Both the position numbers and the translations under genes were made by a program. DNA of 64,000 bases, taken from the NCBI GenBank assembly GCA_963806855.1, contig CAWDYW010000001.1, forward strand, positions 800,001 through 864,000, written 5' to 3'. The notes beneath the pieces were generated by a model that saw only the letters and a list, made by a program, of their open reading frames with translations, was not told the origin of the DNA and made no database searches. This DNA comes from an uncultured Verrucomicrobiae bacterium. Its GTDB lineage: Bacteria; Chlamydiota; Chlamydiia; Chlamydiales; Rhabdochlamydiaceae. Below are positions 24,264 through 35,252 of the stretch, in pieces. The stretch's first letter is position 1; every line of letters starts with the position of its first letter.

Positions 24264-24801
24264 GCTTTCTCCTAGCAAGGCGATCTACTCCATCGGACAC
24301 TCCACGCGCTCTATTGAAGAGTTTATTGATCTTTTAAAAGCTTATGATATTGAAACGGTGATCGATATCAGAACAATCCCTCGATCTAGACACTGCCCGC
24401 AGTTTAATAAAGAAGAGCTAAAGCAGTCTCTGAAAAATGCTAAAATCGGGTATCGGCACCTGAAAGAACTAGGTGGACTGCGCCACGCCTTAAAAAACTC
24501 GACGAATACCGGTTGGATCAACGCCTCTTTTCGCGGCTATGCCGATTACATGCAAACTCCTGATTTTGAGAAGGGACTGGAGAAATTAGAGAAGATCTCT
24601 CAAAATAAACGGTGCGCCCTAATGTGCGCAGAAGCTCTATACTGGCGCTGCCATCGCAGCTTGGTTGCAGATGCCCTGATTTTGAAAAAATGGAAAGTCT
24701 TTCATATATTAAGTAAGAAATCCGCTAAGCTGCATAAACGCACTTCATTTTTAAGAGTAAAGAAAGGAAAGATGATTTATCCTTCTTCTTCTGAGATCTG
24801 A
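24241..24801 (+). CDS. DUF488 family protein
   Basis: SIGHSTR, DIRTIPRSR, LGG and MCAE...CHR motifs. Confidence 0.9.
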   Translation: MAKAVKSKLSPSKAIYSIGHSTRSIEEFIDLLKAYDIETVIDIRTIPRSRHCPQFNKEELKQSLKNAKIGYRHLKELGGLRHALKNSTNTGWINASFRGYADYMQTPDFEKGLEKLEKISQNKRCALMCAEALYWRCHRSLVADALILKKWKVFHILSKKSAKLHKRTSFLRVKKGKMIYPSSSEI

Positions 24802-24842
24802 GAAATCTGTATACTAGTAATTTCGTCAGGGAATGGGGACAG

Positions 24843-24956
24843 CCGACTTCGGGTCCAAACGCAATCCAAATTTTTGGCTGCCTCAGCCTCTCAAAATTAG
24901 CCTCACGGAGTGAGGTTTGTATTGGGGCGGCTGGATGCATTCAAAACTTTTGACTG
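24843..24956. repeat. Degenerate tRNA-linked repeat end, hairpin spacer and tRNA-3'-like junction
   Basis: ccgacttcgggtccaaac..., cctcacggagtgagg hairpin, then tggggcggctggatgcattcaaaacttttgactg. Confidence 0.65.
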
Positions 24957-25023
24957 CCTTAGAATCTTACAATCTATATAATTTAACAGGACCTTTACCT
25001 ATAAACAGGAACCTTTCAAGATC

Positions 25024-25875
25024 ATGATTAAGTACCTAGTCACAATCCTATGCGCGGCAAATTTTGTTGTGAATGGTGTAGAATTAGATATCTCTCAAGC
25101 AATTTCTGATGCGGAACTCCAAAATTTAACCATCCCTGAAGAACATGAATATAGGATTCCTACACTAAATCATTATGGCTATATGTTTACAAAATTTGAT
25201 CCTATTGTAGAACGTTTTCTTCAACGGATTGAAGAGAACCCAAACCAAGCTTTCTTTGAAGTAGGAGGGGCATATGGAAATGTCGCGGAAATAGCTCTAG
25301 AAAAAGGGATTGAAAATTATTACCTAAACGATTGTGAAGAGCGTCATTTAAAATCTTTTGCCAGAAAGTTAAAAGAAAATGGAAAAATGCATCTATTCCA
25401 AGGGCTTCATTTGATTAGTGGCAAATGTCCTGAAGATATTGTGATAACAGAAAGTAGCTTTGATGCAATACTTGTCAATAAAGTGCTTCATTTTTTTACT
25501 CCTGAAACAGTCGATACATTTGTTCAATGGCTGAATGATGCGATGAAACCTGGAGGAAAGGTATTTGTTTTGACTATTAGCCCCTTTTATAAAGGACATG
25601 AGGAATTGCTAAAGGACTATCAAAAGAAAAAGGAAGAAGGGTTTAGGTTTCCTGGATATTGCTCAATGTACAACCAATCCAATCCCGCCCAGAAATATTC
25701 CTCAGAAGCACGCCCTACCAGTTTGTTATTTATGGAACTCGACACTTTAAAACTTCTTTTTCTACAACACGGGTTTCAGATCGAAGAAGAATTTGAATTA
25801 GCTGTTATTAATAGCGACAATCCTGAATGGAGACCTGGCAAGGATCTGGTTGGCATCATTGCTCATAAACTTTAA
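25024..25875 (+). CDS. Class I SAM-dependent methyltransferase with hydrophobic N-terminus
   Basis: FEVGGAYG, FDAIL..VLHF and MKPGG motifs. Confidence 0.8.
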   Translation: MIKYLVTILCAANFVVNGVELDISQAISDAELQNLTIPEEHEYRIPTLNHYGYMFTKFDPIVERFLQRIEENPNQAFFEVGGAYGNVAEIALEKGIENYYLNDCEERHLKSFARKLKENGKMHLFQGLHLISGKCPEDIVITESSFDAILVNKVLHFFTPETVDTFVQWLNDAMKPGGKVFVLTISPFYKGHEELLKDYQKKKEEGFRFPGYCSMYNQSNPAQKYSSEARPTSLLFMELDTLKLLFLQHGFQIEEEFELAVINSDNPEWRPGKDLVGIIAHKL

Positions 25876-25937
25876 AATCATAAAGATTTAATTTTCAAGA
25901 TCTTGGGTGCCTTTGAAACGAACGGGTAGATTCTGCG

Positions 25938-26027
25938 TATACCCCGACTCGCCCAAAAGTGTGAATTTGGACCCACGCGAAAGCTCTCGCGGTTCCAAAT
26001 TCACACTTTTGGGCGAGTCGGGGTATA
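25938..26027. repeat. ERIC-like palindromic MITE (90 bp)
   Basis: Nearly identical to 17889-17977, with a compensatory ccccg/cgggg change. Confidence 0.9.
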
Positions 26028-26089
26028 ACTCTTCAAAAACTTGACAACGAAAATTTCGTTGTGGATAGTGTTCTGCGGAGGAATCAACT

Positions 26090-27834
26090 ATGAAAATCAA
26101 ATTTATTACCCTCGCTTTAGTAACTGCTACAGTCAACCTTTTTGGCGATCAATCTTCTCCTTATCGATGCAAAATGTCGGGAAACGAACTAGAGGCAGAT
26201 ATCATAGTAATCGGTGGTGGAGCGGCAGGTTGCATATTGATGAACCAGCTATCAGAGAATGGTCTCTTTTCAGTATTAGGAATAGAGGGGGGGCTAAATT
26301 TAACAAATGATCCAGCAATAGAGGCTGTGGGTCTCCCAGCATTCCTATTGGCTGGGACAGGAAAGGCCCAGTATTTTTGGCCAGGATGGAATCAAACCTT
26401 ACCAATGGCAGGGCTCAATGGACGAACAAGTGATTGGACAACAGGAATGGTCTTGGGTGGTGGCTCATCGATTAACGGATTATACTATGGTCGTGGCTCG
26501 AACGCCGTGTACTCGCGTTGGGAAGAAGTTTCTGGCAGCAGCAATTGGAGTCTGGACAATATTCTGGCAACCTTCAATGCTCTTGAGAACTACCAAGGAT
26601 TGACAATCACACCAGGGGCACGAGGAGACAACGGTCCTGTCAATGTGCTACAGACACCTACGGTGTCGCAGATAACATCGCAAGTACTATTGCCCGCGTG
26701 CACAGGCAGCGTTTCCTGGAATTCCAACTGTAGAGGACTATAATGATCCGAGTGTGGAGAATTGCATAGACCCTCGTGCTCAGTGGTTTATTGACCCTAC
26801 AGGCACCAAACGAGTGAGTAGCGCGACAGCATATTTAAATAGCACGGTGATGACGCCAGAAGGTCAAGGAGTTAATGGACACAAACTGTTTATGCTCTTC
26901 GATTCGGTAGCTGTGAAAATAATATTCGACAAACATGGGCGTGCCAAAAAAGTAAAATATATAAAGGACGGTAAACTCTTCGAAGCAAGAGCTCGGAAAG
27001 CCGTTGTTTTGGCGGGTGGCATCAACAGTAGCAAGTTGCTACAGCTTTCGGGCATAGGACCGTCGGCAAGCGCTAAAGAATGCAGGGATCAAGCCCGTTT
27101 TCATCAATGAGAACGTAGGAAAACATCTCCAAAACCATCCGCTCATTTTTATTTCGATGCTAGCAGATCCCGCACTTAGTGGTATACCACCTGGAGCTCC
27201 GTATGCATTTACTATCAATAATGTCTACTTGCCAGTAGTGGGCGGTAGTGCCAGCGACCCACGAATGCTACAGATTTTGTTCGAATACATACCGGCTACC
27301 GCACAGACACCTCCGTTAGTAGTCATTGGATTTGATCTTTTGAACCCAGTGAGTGAGGGAAGTGTCGCAATCCAAAGTGACAACTCATTTCAGATAGCCG
27401 CAGCGGACGACGGCTTTTACCAAAATCCTATAGACCTGGAGAATATGAAGAGTGCCGTCCAGGTCTATATTCGCGCTCTGCTAAATCAACTAGTATCTTG
27501 TACCCATTTCCCTCGCCTTACTTTAAACCCATTTTAAGTGACCCGATCAACTTAGTCATCTTTTCTAAGCTATGACGACGCAGTGGTTGAGCAGTATGTG
27601 AAAAATAACAGCAATCTTTCACTGGATATACACCACTTTGTATCGCACTGTAAAATGGCTCCTCTGAACGCCGGAGGTGTGGTAGATGGCGACACACGTG
27701 TTTATGGCACAAAGAACGTTTTTGTAGCGGACAACTCCATCTGTCCGGTGATTCCTGATATTAATACTGCAGCACCAGCTATGATGATCGGATTACGGAG
27801 TAGCGAAATTCTGAAACGTGTCTTGCAGCAATGA
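26090..27834 (+). CDS. GMC family oxidoreductase with signal peptide (frameshifted)
   Basis: GGGAAG, LGGGSSING, SKLLQLSGIG, VGKHLQNH, GVVD and VADNS..P..NT motifs. Confidence 0.85.
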
Positions 27835-27857
27835 AAAATCACAATGAGATCATCAAC

Positions 27858-28506
27858 ATGAAAAAAAATATTCTGTTACTTTTAATGTCACTCTTATTTT
27901 TCATGGCAGCTGATGCACAAGCTCAAGAATGTGCGAAACTGCTGTTATGAAGACAGCTGCTGTGTTGATGAGACGAATTTCTATGCTAAGATTTTGAGCG
28001 GTGCTAATTTCTTGCAAAACACTACAATCGAAGGAAACAAATCCACATATCAGACAGGGTATATTATTGCCGGTTCGTTGGGTTATTGTTGGCCTTATGG
28101 CTTGCGTTTGGAAGCTGAATATGCTTTTAGAAGAAATGCTATAAGAAAAATCCATTTCTTTGGAGAAGGTTTTTCCAAGCATGGACATTTCCAAACTTCC
28201 TCGTATATGGCCAACCTATTATGGGATTTGCCTTTATCTTCGTGGGGATGCGCATTTTGGAATATCCAACCTTTTATTGGAGCTGGCATAGGCTATGATT
28301 TCCAACAAATGCATTCCTCAAATTCTCGTATTGTTTTTAACCAAAAGTGGAACCATTTTTCTTGGCAAGTGATGGCTGGGTTAGCCTATCCGATCTTCTG
28401 CAATACAGAGATTACTTTGGAATACAAATTCCATCAGGGAGGCTGTCATTTCTATAACCACTCCCTCGGAGTTGGGCTCGTATATAAATTTGGCTTCTTA
28501 AGGTAG
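27858..28506 (+). CDS. Outer-membrane beta-barrel protein (one frameshift after the signal peptide)
   Basis: RLEAEY, PFIGAGIG, FSWQVMAG and GVGLVYKF strand patterns. Confidence 0.75.
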
Positions 28507-28588
28507 TATACCCCGCTTCGCCCTCTCAAGCTCGACAATGCCTCCGACTTCGAGTCCAAACAGAAGCCAAACTTTTGGCTTTCTCCGC
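28507..28588. repeat. Chimera of an ERIC-like left end and a tRNA-linked repeat fragment
   Basis: tataccccgcttcgccc joined to aagctcgacaatgcctccgacttcgagtccaaacagaagccaaacttttggctttctccg. Confidence 0.75.
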
Positions 28589-28642
28589 TTGTGAATTATA
28601 TTATTGCCTGCGTAATTAAAACTGGTAAAATTATCCTGTCTA

Positions 28643-29758
28643 TCAATTGATTTCAGTGAGATTAGTTTGACTCCGTATTATTGACATCACCCGCCGAAAC
28701 TCCTCCGCAGAATAGGGGTCTGTTTTTTCCAAGGCATGTTCAATAGAGCTTAACACCCATGGCTCAAAACAGTCCAAAAGACATCCTTTTCCAACCAGTA
28801 ATTCAAAGTACCGTCTATACTCAGAAAAATTACTGTAAAGTGCATTAAGCATCGCTGATTGCTCGTGAGTGGCAACCGCTTGACCCTTACTAATTATATT
28901 CTGGATATATTCGTAGTTCCCCCCTCTTGAATGTTCTCCTTCAGAGGTCTTTATAACTGTTAATAACGATCCTGTGCTTCCAAAAAGAGAGGAAGAGCAG
29001 CTCATCGAAATAGCACTTCGCGAAAATAATCTCCTAAAATTGCCAGCAAAAAACTTGAACTGGTCCAGAGACAAGTGTGAGTCGGTGGTGGGGTGATATT
29101 TTCTTTCTAAGGTTATGTAGTCAACAAGATGACGGAAAAACAATTTTTCTTCATCAAAACTCCGCGACATATCCCCTCGGATGATTCTATGCTCACTCAA
29201 ATCCAAACCTCGCGTGATTTTATGATCACTCGAATCAACTAATACCTTAAATGGTGTAATACCCCAGAATTCTTCTGTAATCCTGCCTCCTTTTTGAAGC
29301 AGGGTCTCGATGACATCCCAATGGATTTTATTGAAAGAACCCATCACTTTTAAAGCTCGCTCAAGCGGGGTATAGCCGAGAGCTGCTTCGGATACATTGA
29401 CATCAGAAATTTTCTCGAGCAGAAGATTCAACATCTCCAGATTAGGATCAGCATCCTCTCTTAGACAATCCATGTAAAAATGGACGATGGACCCTAAGGT
29501 GCTTGCTGGGGAGTCTTCAGGATCGGCCCCGAGCTCAAATAAAGCCTGAGTAGCTGGGATGTCGTCGCATTTTACAGCAAATTCGAGAATAGTATAGGTT
29601 TTAAAACCATCCTTAAACCGATATTTAAGTACATCCCCAGGCGCTTGCTGAAGGGCCCACTTCAGATTGTCTGAAGTAGCGTTAAGTTCATGTCCATAAA
29701 CTGAATAATAAACCTGATCTCTAATTATTCCAGCAAAACGAAATACTGAAGATGCCAT
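28643..29758 (-). CDS. Ankyrin-repeat protein, candidate effector
   Basis: TILEFAV...LFELGAD and GYTPLERAL...LLQKG repeats. Confidence 0.65.
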   Translation of the reverse strand: MASSVFRFAGIIRDQVYYSVYGHELNATSDNLKWALQQAPGDVLKYRFKDGFKTYTILEFAVKCDDIPATQALFELGADPEDSPASTLGSIVHFYMDCLREDADPNLEMLNLLLEKISDVNVSEAALGYTPLERALKVMGSFNKIHWDVIETLLQKGGRITEEFWGITPFKVLVDSSDHKITRGLDLSEHRIIRGDMSRSFDEEKLFFRHLVDYITLERKYHPTTDSHLSLDQFKFFAGNFRRLFSRSAISMSCSSSLFGSTGSLLTVIKTSEGEHSRGGNYEYIQNIISKGQAVATHEQSAMLNALYSNFSEYRRYFELLVGKGCLLDCFEPWVLSSIEHALEKTDPYSAEEFRRVMSIIRSQTNLTEIN

Positions 29759-29827
29759 AAATACCCCTCATAAGAAGAGCAGAATTTTATGCCAGCATCC
29801 AAGTTATACACAACCAGAATTTTTTCC

Positions 29828-29924
29828 GAGCATTTTTTTGGCCGATAGGCTGGCCCTCGCGCGGGGACTTAAGTCTCCCGTTTCCGAGGGCCGGTCTCCG
29901 CTCGTTTTAAAATTTTTGACTGGA
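29828..29924. repeat. Degenerate tRNA-linked repeat fragment
   Basis: taggctggccctcgcgcggggacttaagtctcccgtttccgagggccggtctccg. Confidence 0.7.
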
Positions 29925-29976
29925 AACGATTTCAAATTCCTTCTAAAATCTGCTCCTTTAACGGACCGAGGTTGTC

Positions 29977-31131
29977 ATGAGAAACAGAAATTATTTAATT
30001 ACTCTCTCTATTCTTTCTTGTTTAATTTGTACGAGTTTAAAGGCTGTCGAAGAAAAGGACTGGGTAAATTGCTGGAGTACTCCTGAGCTTCCTGGTACAG
30101 AATGGCTGCCGTCTATCGATGTGGATGAACTCGAAGGCTATTCTATTTCGGTGACGTACGCGTTAGATGGAGGGAGATTTGGAGACCAAATAACCAATTA
30201 TGTTAAGGCCTTGTGGATTTCCTGGAAATATAACCTTCCCTTGATTTATCGCCCCTTTGACTACAGCGATCAGTTAGTGTTATCGGATTTTCATAAGACT
30301 ACTTTAAATGAAGGGGTTATAAAATCTTTTTCAGCAAAATTCGGATACTTTTCTTTTTTGGAACTAGAGAAAACAGCAAAAGTATTTGCTTATCTTAACA
30401 AAGAAACCAACCATCAAAATGACAAAAACAAGCAGTTGCTGTGGAACATTGGTTTGTTAACACCTTTCATCGAGGAGCATTTTTGTGAAAAGCTCGATAA
30501 TGAAGAGTTTAGAAGCCTTCTTCAAAAGCTAGTAAAGCCTAAAGGGGACTTAGCTCTTTTGCCGCTGCCAATAGATCGTAAGACAATAGCTATTCATGTG
30601 AGGACAGGTGTAGGATATGATTTAGAGGTTAATATTCGTAATATGCCTACGAAATTTCCTCCAGATTCTTTTTACTTAGCCGGTCTTAAGCAAGCAGCAA
30701 TATATTTCAAGGAAGAGCCATTATATATCTATATTTTTACAGATCATCCAGAGCCTACTGTGATCGAAGATAAATTTCTTAAAGCATTAAAAATTTGGGG
30801 AATTGAAAACGAGGTGATTATGGATTGCCGTAGATCAGGGAATACTCATACTCAAAATGTTCTAGAAGACATGTTTTCCATGGCCCAATTTGATTGTTTA
30901 ATTCATCCCGACTCTAGCTTATCCAGGCTTGCTGCTATCATTGCTGCGCCCATCTTAGTGATAAAACCTTCTCATTGGGCAGAGCATCGGAAAGGTGAAG
31001 ATGGCGCCTCGATTCTGGATAAACAGGGGAATAAAATCATCGATCCTTTAGTTGTTGAGAGGGTAGAAAGAGGCAGATCTATTCGTGATATGCATGTGGT
31101 TCCCATTGAGTCTTCGATGCTTTTTGATTAG
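29977..31131 (+). CDS. Glycosyltransferase-like protein (GT11/fucosyltransferase-like) with signal peptide
   Basis: GGRFGDQ, IAIHVRTG, IFTD and DMFSM..D.LI...SS.S motifs. Confidence 0.6.
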   Translation: MRNRNYLITLSILSCLICTSLKAVEEKDWVNCWSTPELPGTEWLPSIDVDELEGYSISVTYALDGGRFGDQITNYVKALWISWKYNLPLIYRPFDYSDQLVLSDFHKTTLNEGVIKSFSAKFGYFSFLELEKTAKVFAYLNKETNHQNDKNKQLLWNIGLLTPFIEEHFCEKLDNEEFRSLLQKLVKPKGDLALLPLPIDRKTIAIHVRTGVGYDLEVNIRNMPTKFPPDSFYLAGLKQAAIYFKEEPLYIYIFTDHPEPTVIEDKFLKALKIWGIENEVIMDCRRSGNTHTQNVLEDMFSMAQFDCLIHPDSSLSRLAAIIAAPILVIKPSHWAEHRKGEDGASILDKQGNKIIDPLVVERVERGRSIRDMHVVPIESSMLFD

Positions 31132-31156
31132 GGGGAGTTGGTCCACTTTCCAGATC

Positions 31157-31774
31157 ATGCCATATATGAGCAAGGCCCTTAAATGTAATCCTTTATACAG
31201 AACCGCTCTAACTCTGGTTAGTGCTGCTATTTGTTTGGGTATATCTTCTGTAAAGTCTGAAACTCCTTCTGAACCATCGATTGCAAAAACCATGTTGCAT
31301 AAGAGCGCAATCATCGATTCCATTGATAACATGAGTCGAATAAACCACACGATTAATCCGTTGACATCAGAAGAGTTTGATACAATTATGAATGAAGATC
31401 GCAACTCTTCATATAGTCAGGTTATGTTAGATGAAGAGTCGAATTTAAAAGGCTTCATATTGGCAAGCCCCAGTCAAGAGCGTCTTTTTAATAAGGAACC
31501 TGGTCTCAATATTGTTGTCATCGATAAGCTAGGAATTCTACCAAACTTCAGACAATGTGGCATTGCAAAAAAATTACTCCATTCTGTCGCACAAAAAGCA
31601 GTAGACCAAAAGGTCGATGAGGTACGCGTTTTGGTTTACAAAGACAACAAGATTGCCAGCGATGTATACTTTAAATATGGCTTTGATTACGCCTGTTTCG
31701 AAAAAGACGAACCATATGAGGCCTTTTTGTTGCGCGTAAAGCCTCAAACTCTATTCGAAAAAACTGCTTATTGA
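31157..31774 (+). CDS. GNAT family N-acetyltransferase (start uncertain)
   Basis: PNFRQCGIAKKLL and N..A...Y.KYGF motifs. Confidence 0.8.
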   Translation: MPYMSKALKCNPLYRTALTLVSAAICLGISSVKSETPSEPSIAKTMLHKSAIIDSIDNMSRINHTINPLTSEEFDTIMNEDRNSSYSQVMLDEESNLKGFILASPSQERLFNKEPGLNIVVIDKLGILPNFRQCGIAKKLLHSVAQKAVDQKVDEVRVLVYKDNKIASDVYFKYGFDYACFEKDEPYEAFLLRVKPQTLFEKTAY

Positions 31775-31881
31775 GGGAACTCCAAAACTCCAATTTGGAC
31801 TCCGATTTGCGGCAACTGAGGGATCTCGGGTATAGTGGAAGCCAATGCTATGGCTATCTGACAGAGAATAAAAAGAGCCGC

Positions 31882-31927
31882 CTCCAATGGCCGGTCTCCG
31901 GCGGTCTCGTAAGCTCGACAACGCCTT
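31882..31927. repeat. tRNA-linked repeat fragment
   Basis: ggccggtctccggcggtctcgtaagctcgacaacgcc. Confidence 0.75.
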
Positions 31928-32038
31928 TATTGTAATTGCGGATATGAATTGCGAAGAAATTGGATTTCAAAGAGATTTGGATTTCTTGAGAAAAAAGAAG
32001 CTGATAATGCTTTAAGAGGAATTTCGTTTTTTCAATCT

Positions 32039-33043
32039 TTAGATAGGGAAAGAGGCGAGCGAATTGATAGAGGCTCCTTCAAGGATTTTTCCAAACATTG
32101 TGCTGAGAGTTTCCAAATTTCGGAATTCGAAGAGCCCTTTGTTAGGGTCAAAGGCAAATAACCTTTCCCCAGTCTGATAAAAAGTTATAAGATGACCATT
32201 CTCATTTTCTCTATGAAAACTCACAAATACGAGGCTATTCTGAAATTTTTCAAGGGTGAGGTAAATTGATAAAATCGGATCGTCCATTTGACTTCGTACA
32301 ACATAATAGTGATCAGGAACTCGATCAAGTAGTAACCCTAGAAAAGTTTTCGCATGTTCTGGAAAGAACACCACTCGAGCATCGGTGGAGGGATCGATAG
32401 AATAATAAAGAGGTTGATTGACCGAATATTCATGGACATATTTTTTGAAATCCGGGTTTTCGGTAAATTTCTCAATGATTTCTTTGCAGGTCATCTCATT
32501 GGATGGTGGATTGGCTAAGAGATATCGACCAAATAAATAACTAATACCAGAGCAGTGTCCTCCTGTAAGAGCTGCTTTGACTGTTTTTTTGTGAAAGCCA
32601 TTTTCTGAAAAAAGTTTCTCTAAAGCATCTCCATGATTCTGATTTTGACAATCTGAGCAAGAATCTTGGTCAAAATTAAGATAAGAATAATAATAATCCT
32701 TAAATGTCCCTGTTCCAATTCTCTGAAAACCTGGCTTGAATTCTTCCAATTGTAAGTGTTGATTTTGTTCGATTTTTTCCTTGATACGATCTTTTAATTG
32801 TTCCGGCAATCTTTCAAAGAACTCATTATTTAATTTTCCTGTGTCAGATGTAAGCGTGGGTTGATCTCGGTTTTGAACGATTTCTATACGAGAAGGATTT
32901 AGTTTTGGAGCAGTACAGTATTGGGTAGTTAATTTGTAGACTCCATATGCAGCTATGACAGTGAGAGATGCAAAGATGGTCTGCTTTATTGTTGGAACAT
33001 AGGGTTCAAAATAATGAATAGTATTGGCGATTTTTGTTATCAT
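32039..33043 (-). CDS. YopT/AvrPphB-like (peptidase C58) cysteine protease, candidate effector
   Basis: GHCSGIS, GHLI and FAFDPNKGLFEF give a Cys-His-Asp triad pattern; N-terminal hydrophobic segment. Confidence 0.6.
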   Translation of the reverse strand: MITKIANTIHYFEPYVPTIKQTIFASLTVIAAYGVYKLTTQYCTAPKLNPSRIEIVQNRDQPTLTSDTGKLNNEFFERLPEQLKDRIKEKIEQNQHLQLEEFKPGFQRIGTGTFKDYYYSYLNFDQDSCSDCQNQNHGDALEKLFSENGFHKKTVKAALTGGHCSGISYLFGRYLLANPPSNEMTCKEIIEKFTENPDFKKYVHEYSVNQPLYYSIDPSTDARVVFFPEHAKTFLGLLLDRVPDHYYVVRSQMDDPILSIYLTLEKFQNSLVFVSFHRENENGHLITFYQTGERLFAFDPNKGLFEFRNLETLSTMFGKILEGASINSLASFPI

Positions 33044-33168
33044 AAAAGTTATTGTATCATAAATAAATTGTATTATTCAATAAAAAAGCTGGGAAATGCA
33101 AAAAGTAAAAATTAATGTTTTAATTACTATTTCAATGGGTCAGTATATGGATTATCTACATAGGAGAA

Positions 33169-33221
33169 TGGGGGCGGTTGGAATCGAATCAACGGAGACC
33201 GAAGTCGAGGGATTTACAGTC
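33169..33221 (-). mobile_element. att-like copy of the tRNA-Tyr 3' half
   Basis: 53-bp match with 2 mismatches to 45018-45070, ending at the anticodon arm. Confidence 0.85.
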
Positions 33222-33568
33222 ATACGAAAACTAGTTATCCCATCCAACCCCAATACCTAACAATAAAACCTTCAGTTTCTTACGCCGATTACTTGATTGC
33301 CAAGTATTGCACATTCCTGTGATTTTTAGCCATTGATCCCCCCATAATCCGCCCATGAACATCTTAGCTATAACTCTGCGAGCCATCGAGATTAATCTGG
33401 CTATAGATATGCCGTCTTAAGGAAAACACCCAGTCGGCAGACTTTTTTTGTCCGGTTCTGCGATAAGCTTTTGTGGATGAGAATGATGTAAATAGTAATA
33501 TATAAGTAATTTTTTGACTATTTTTAAACAATAAAAATTGTTATAATTATTGCTTTAGGAGAAAAAAG

Positions 33569-35206
33569 ATGAGTAATTTAGCCATTAATAATTTCTGTAA
33601 AACTATAGAAATTGTGCCGATCTGCCAAATTATAGGCTCAGGAGCAATCCCCCTGGCCCTAACTACAATAGGTGCGATTGGACTGGCCGTTGGCTGCAAA
33701 ATTTATTGGCATTGGCATACACAACCAACAGCCAAAGCGGATACTTTCAATCTGGATGTTGACAAAGAATATAATCGCTGTGGATTGGAGGTCCTAAGAG
33801 CTCTAGATGCTCCTGGAAATGTAGAAGAAAAGCTCCAAACTTTTAAGAATTTTACCGGATCGATCAAACGCTCAGGAGTGAGGTATAATGAATCTCTTCC
33901 CATATGGGGAAAATTGGCTGAGAAGTATTTAGAGATTGCAAAAGGGACCCTAACGACACCTACTCAATTAGAGGAAGTAAACTATTTTATCAATGAATTG
34001 CAGGAAAGAGCGAAAAGTAACACAACCACTTATGAATGGTTTTCTCTATTTTGCGACCGATTGACGATTTTAATGTCAGATCCAAAATTAAGAGGAGTTG
34101 CAACTACAGACGACCTGATCGTTTTTGACTTTTACCGTATGAATTTAGAAAGAAAAAAAGAAAAGGGAATCTTCTGTTGGCTAACTCATGACTCTTATCT
34201 GCGTGCCTGTAATGAAGTTGGAGAGAAGCATACAATTGACCGCTACTCACCTGCTGCTCTTTGCAAACGGCTTTTCCCCAATGTTGTCATGATGCCTTTT
34301 CCCTTTGATTTAGACTGCTCAACCATTGTCCTTTCATTCCCAGAGCTGGGTGAAAATGCTTCTGAGGATGAAAATCTATGGCTTCTCGGTTTCGTCAAAA
34401 AACCGGAAATTGCTGATGACATTCTCTTCAGCCCTTCTCGATTTTATATGCATGATCAATTTCATCTCCTCACATATCTATCCTTATTATCCTTTGAAAT
34501 AAATTTTTATCCAGAAGGCTCTGAATCACCAATAAGTCACTTAATAAAAAACTGGCAAGGGCTAGCTCTTACTGCTTTGAAAAAAATGAAGGAAATTATC
34601 CGAACAAGTAAGATAGGAGATGAAAAACTTATTAATAGTTTTTTAGCATTTATTTTATTTCATGAAAAAATAGATTCACTGCCAGTTCAACTCAACAGAG
34701 TCGTTGAAATGGATCAAAATCAGGCAAAGAGTTTAACAGGTCTTCTTCATGATTTTGAGGGAGCTTTAACATCTAGATTTGCGAAATTACTCCCAATAAA
34801 AGTGATCGAGCAAGCTGGTTATTGCAGGAGAGCGAAACCATCAATCAATTGGGAACTATTGAGTCAATATGCAGCAAGCTTTGTCTCTTTATTTCAAAAG
34901 GATCCTGAATTTATAAAACAATTGTCATCCGAGATAGAGAAATTTAATAAACTATCATCTGATTTTATTTTAATAGATTGTCCTTTACAAGAAGAATTTC
35001 CATTTTATGCAGCTTCTGGTGGCATCCTTTACTCAAAACTTGAGAAATATTCCTCTACTGCAGAATTTAAAAAATTAGAAACCAGTCGGAAAATGACCAA
35101 TGGTATCATCATAGCCCCTCTTATTCGTCAACAACACTTTCATCTTTCTACAGATGCTTATGAATCTATTCACGATAAACTTGTAGAAATTGGAATGAGG
35201 CAGTGA
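33569..35206 (+). CDS. Hypothetical protein with N-terminal hydrophobic segment
   Basis: 545-aa ORF with AGGAG RBS; no recognised domain. Confidence 0.75.
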   Translation: MSNLAINNFCKTIEIVPICQIIGSGAIPLALTTIGAIGLAVGCKIYWHWHTQPTAKADTFNLDVDKEYNRCGLEVLRALDAPGNVEEKLQTFKNFTGSIKRSGVRYNESLPIWGKLAEKYLEIAKGTLTTPTQLEEVNYFINELQERAKSNTTTYEWFSLFCDRLTILMSDPKLRGVATTDDLIVFDFYRMNLERKKEKGIFCWLTHDSYLRACNEVGEKHTIDRYSPAALCKRLFPNVVMMPFPFDLDCSTIVLSFPELGENASEDENLWLLGFVKKPEIADDILFSPSRFYMHDQFHLLTYLSLLSFEINFYPEGSESPISHLIKNWQGLALTALKKMKEIIRTSKIGDEKLINSFLAFILFHEKIDSLPVQLNRVVEMDQNQAKSLTGLLHDFEGALTSRFAKLLPIKVIEQAGYCRRAKPSINWELLSQYAASFVSLFQKDPEFIKQLSSEIEKFNKLSSDFILIDCPLQEEFPFYAASGGILYSKLEKYSSTAEFKKLETSRKMTNGIIIAPLIRQQHFHLSTDAYESIHDKLVEIGMRQ

Positions 35207-35252
35207 AGCACCACAACTGTTGGAGTCAGCCCTGATTTAAGCATTTGTCAGA

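Noticed and set aside
17889..26027. Integron attC sites
   Set aside because: The palindromes lack RYYYAAC/GTTRRRY ends, and no intI is present
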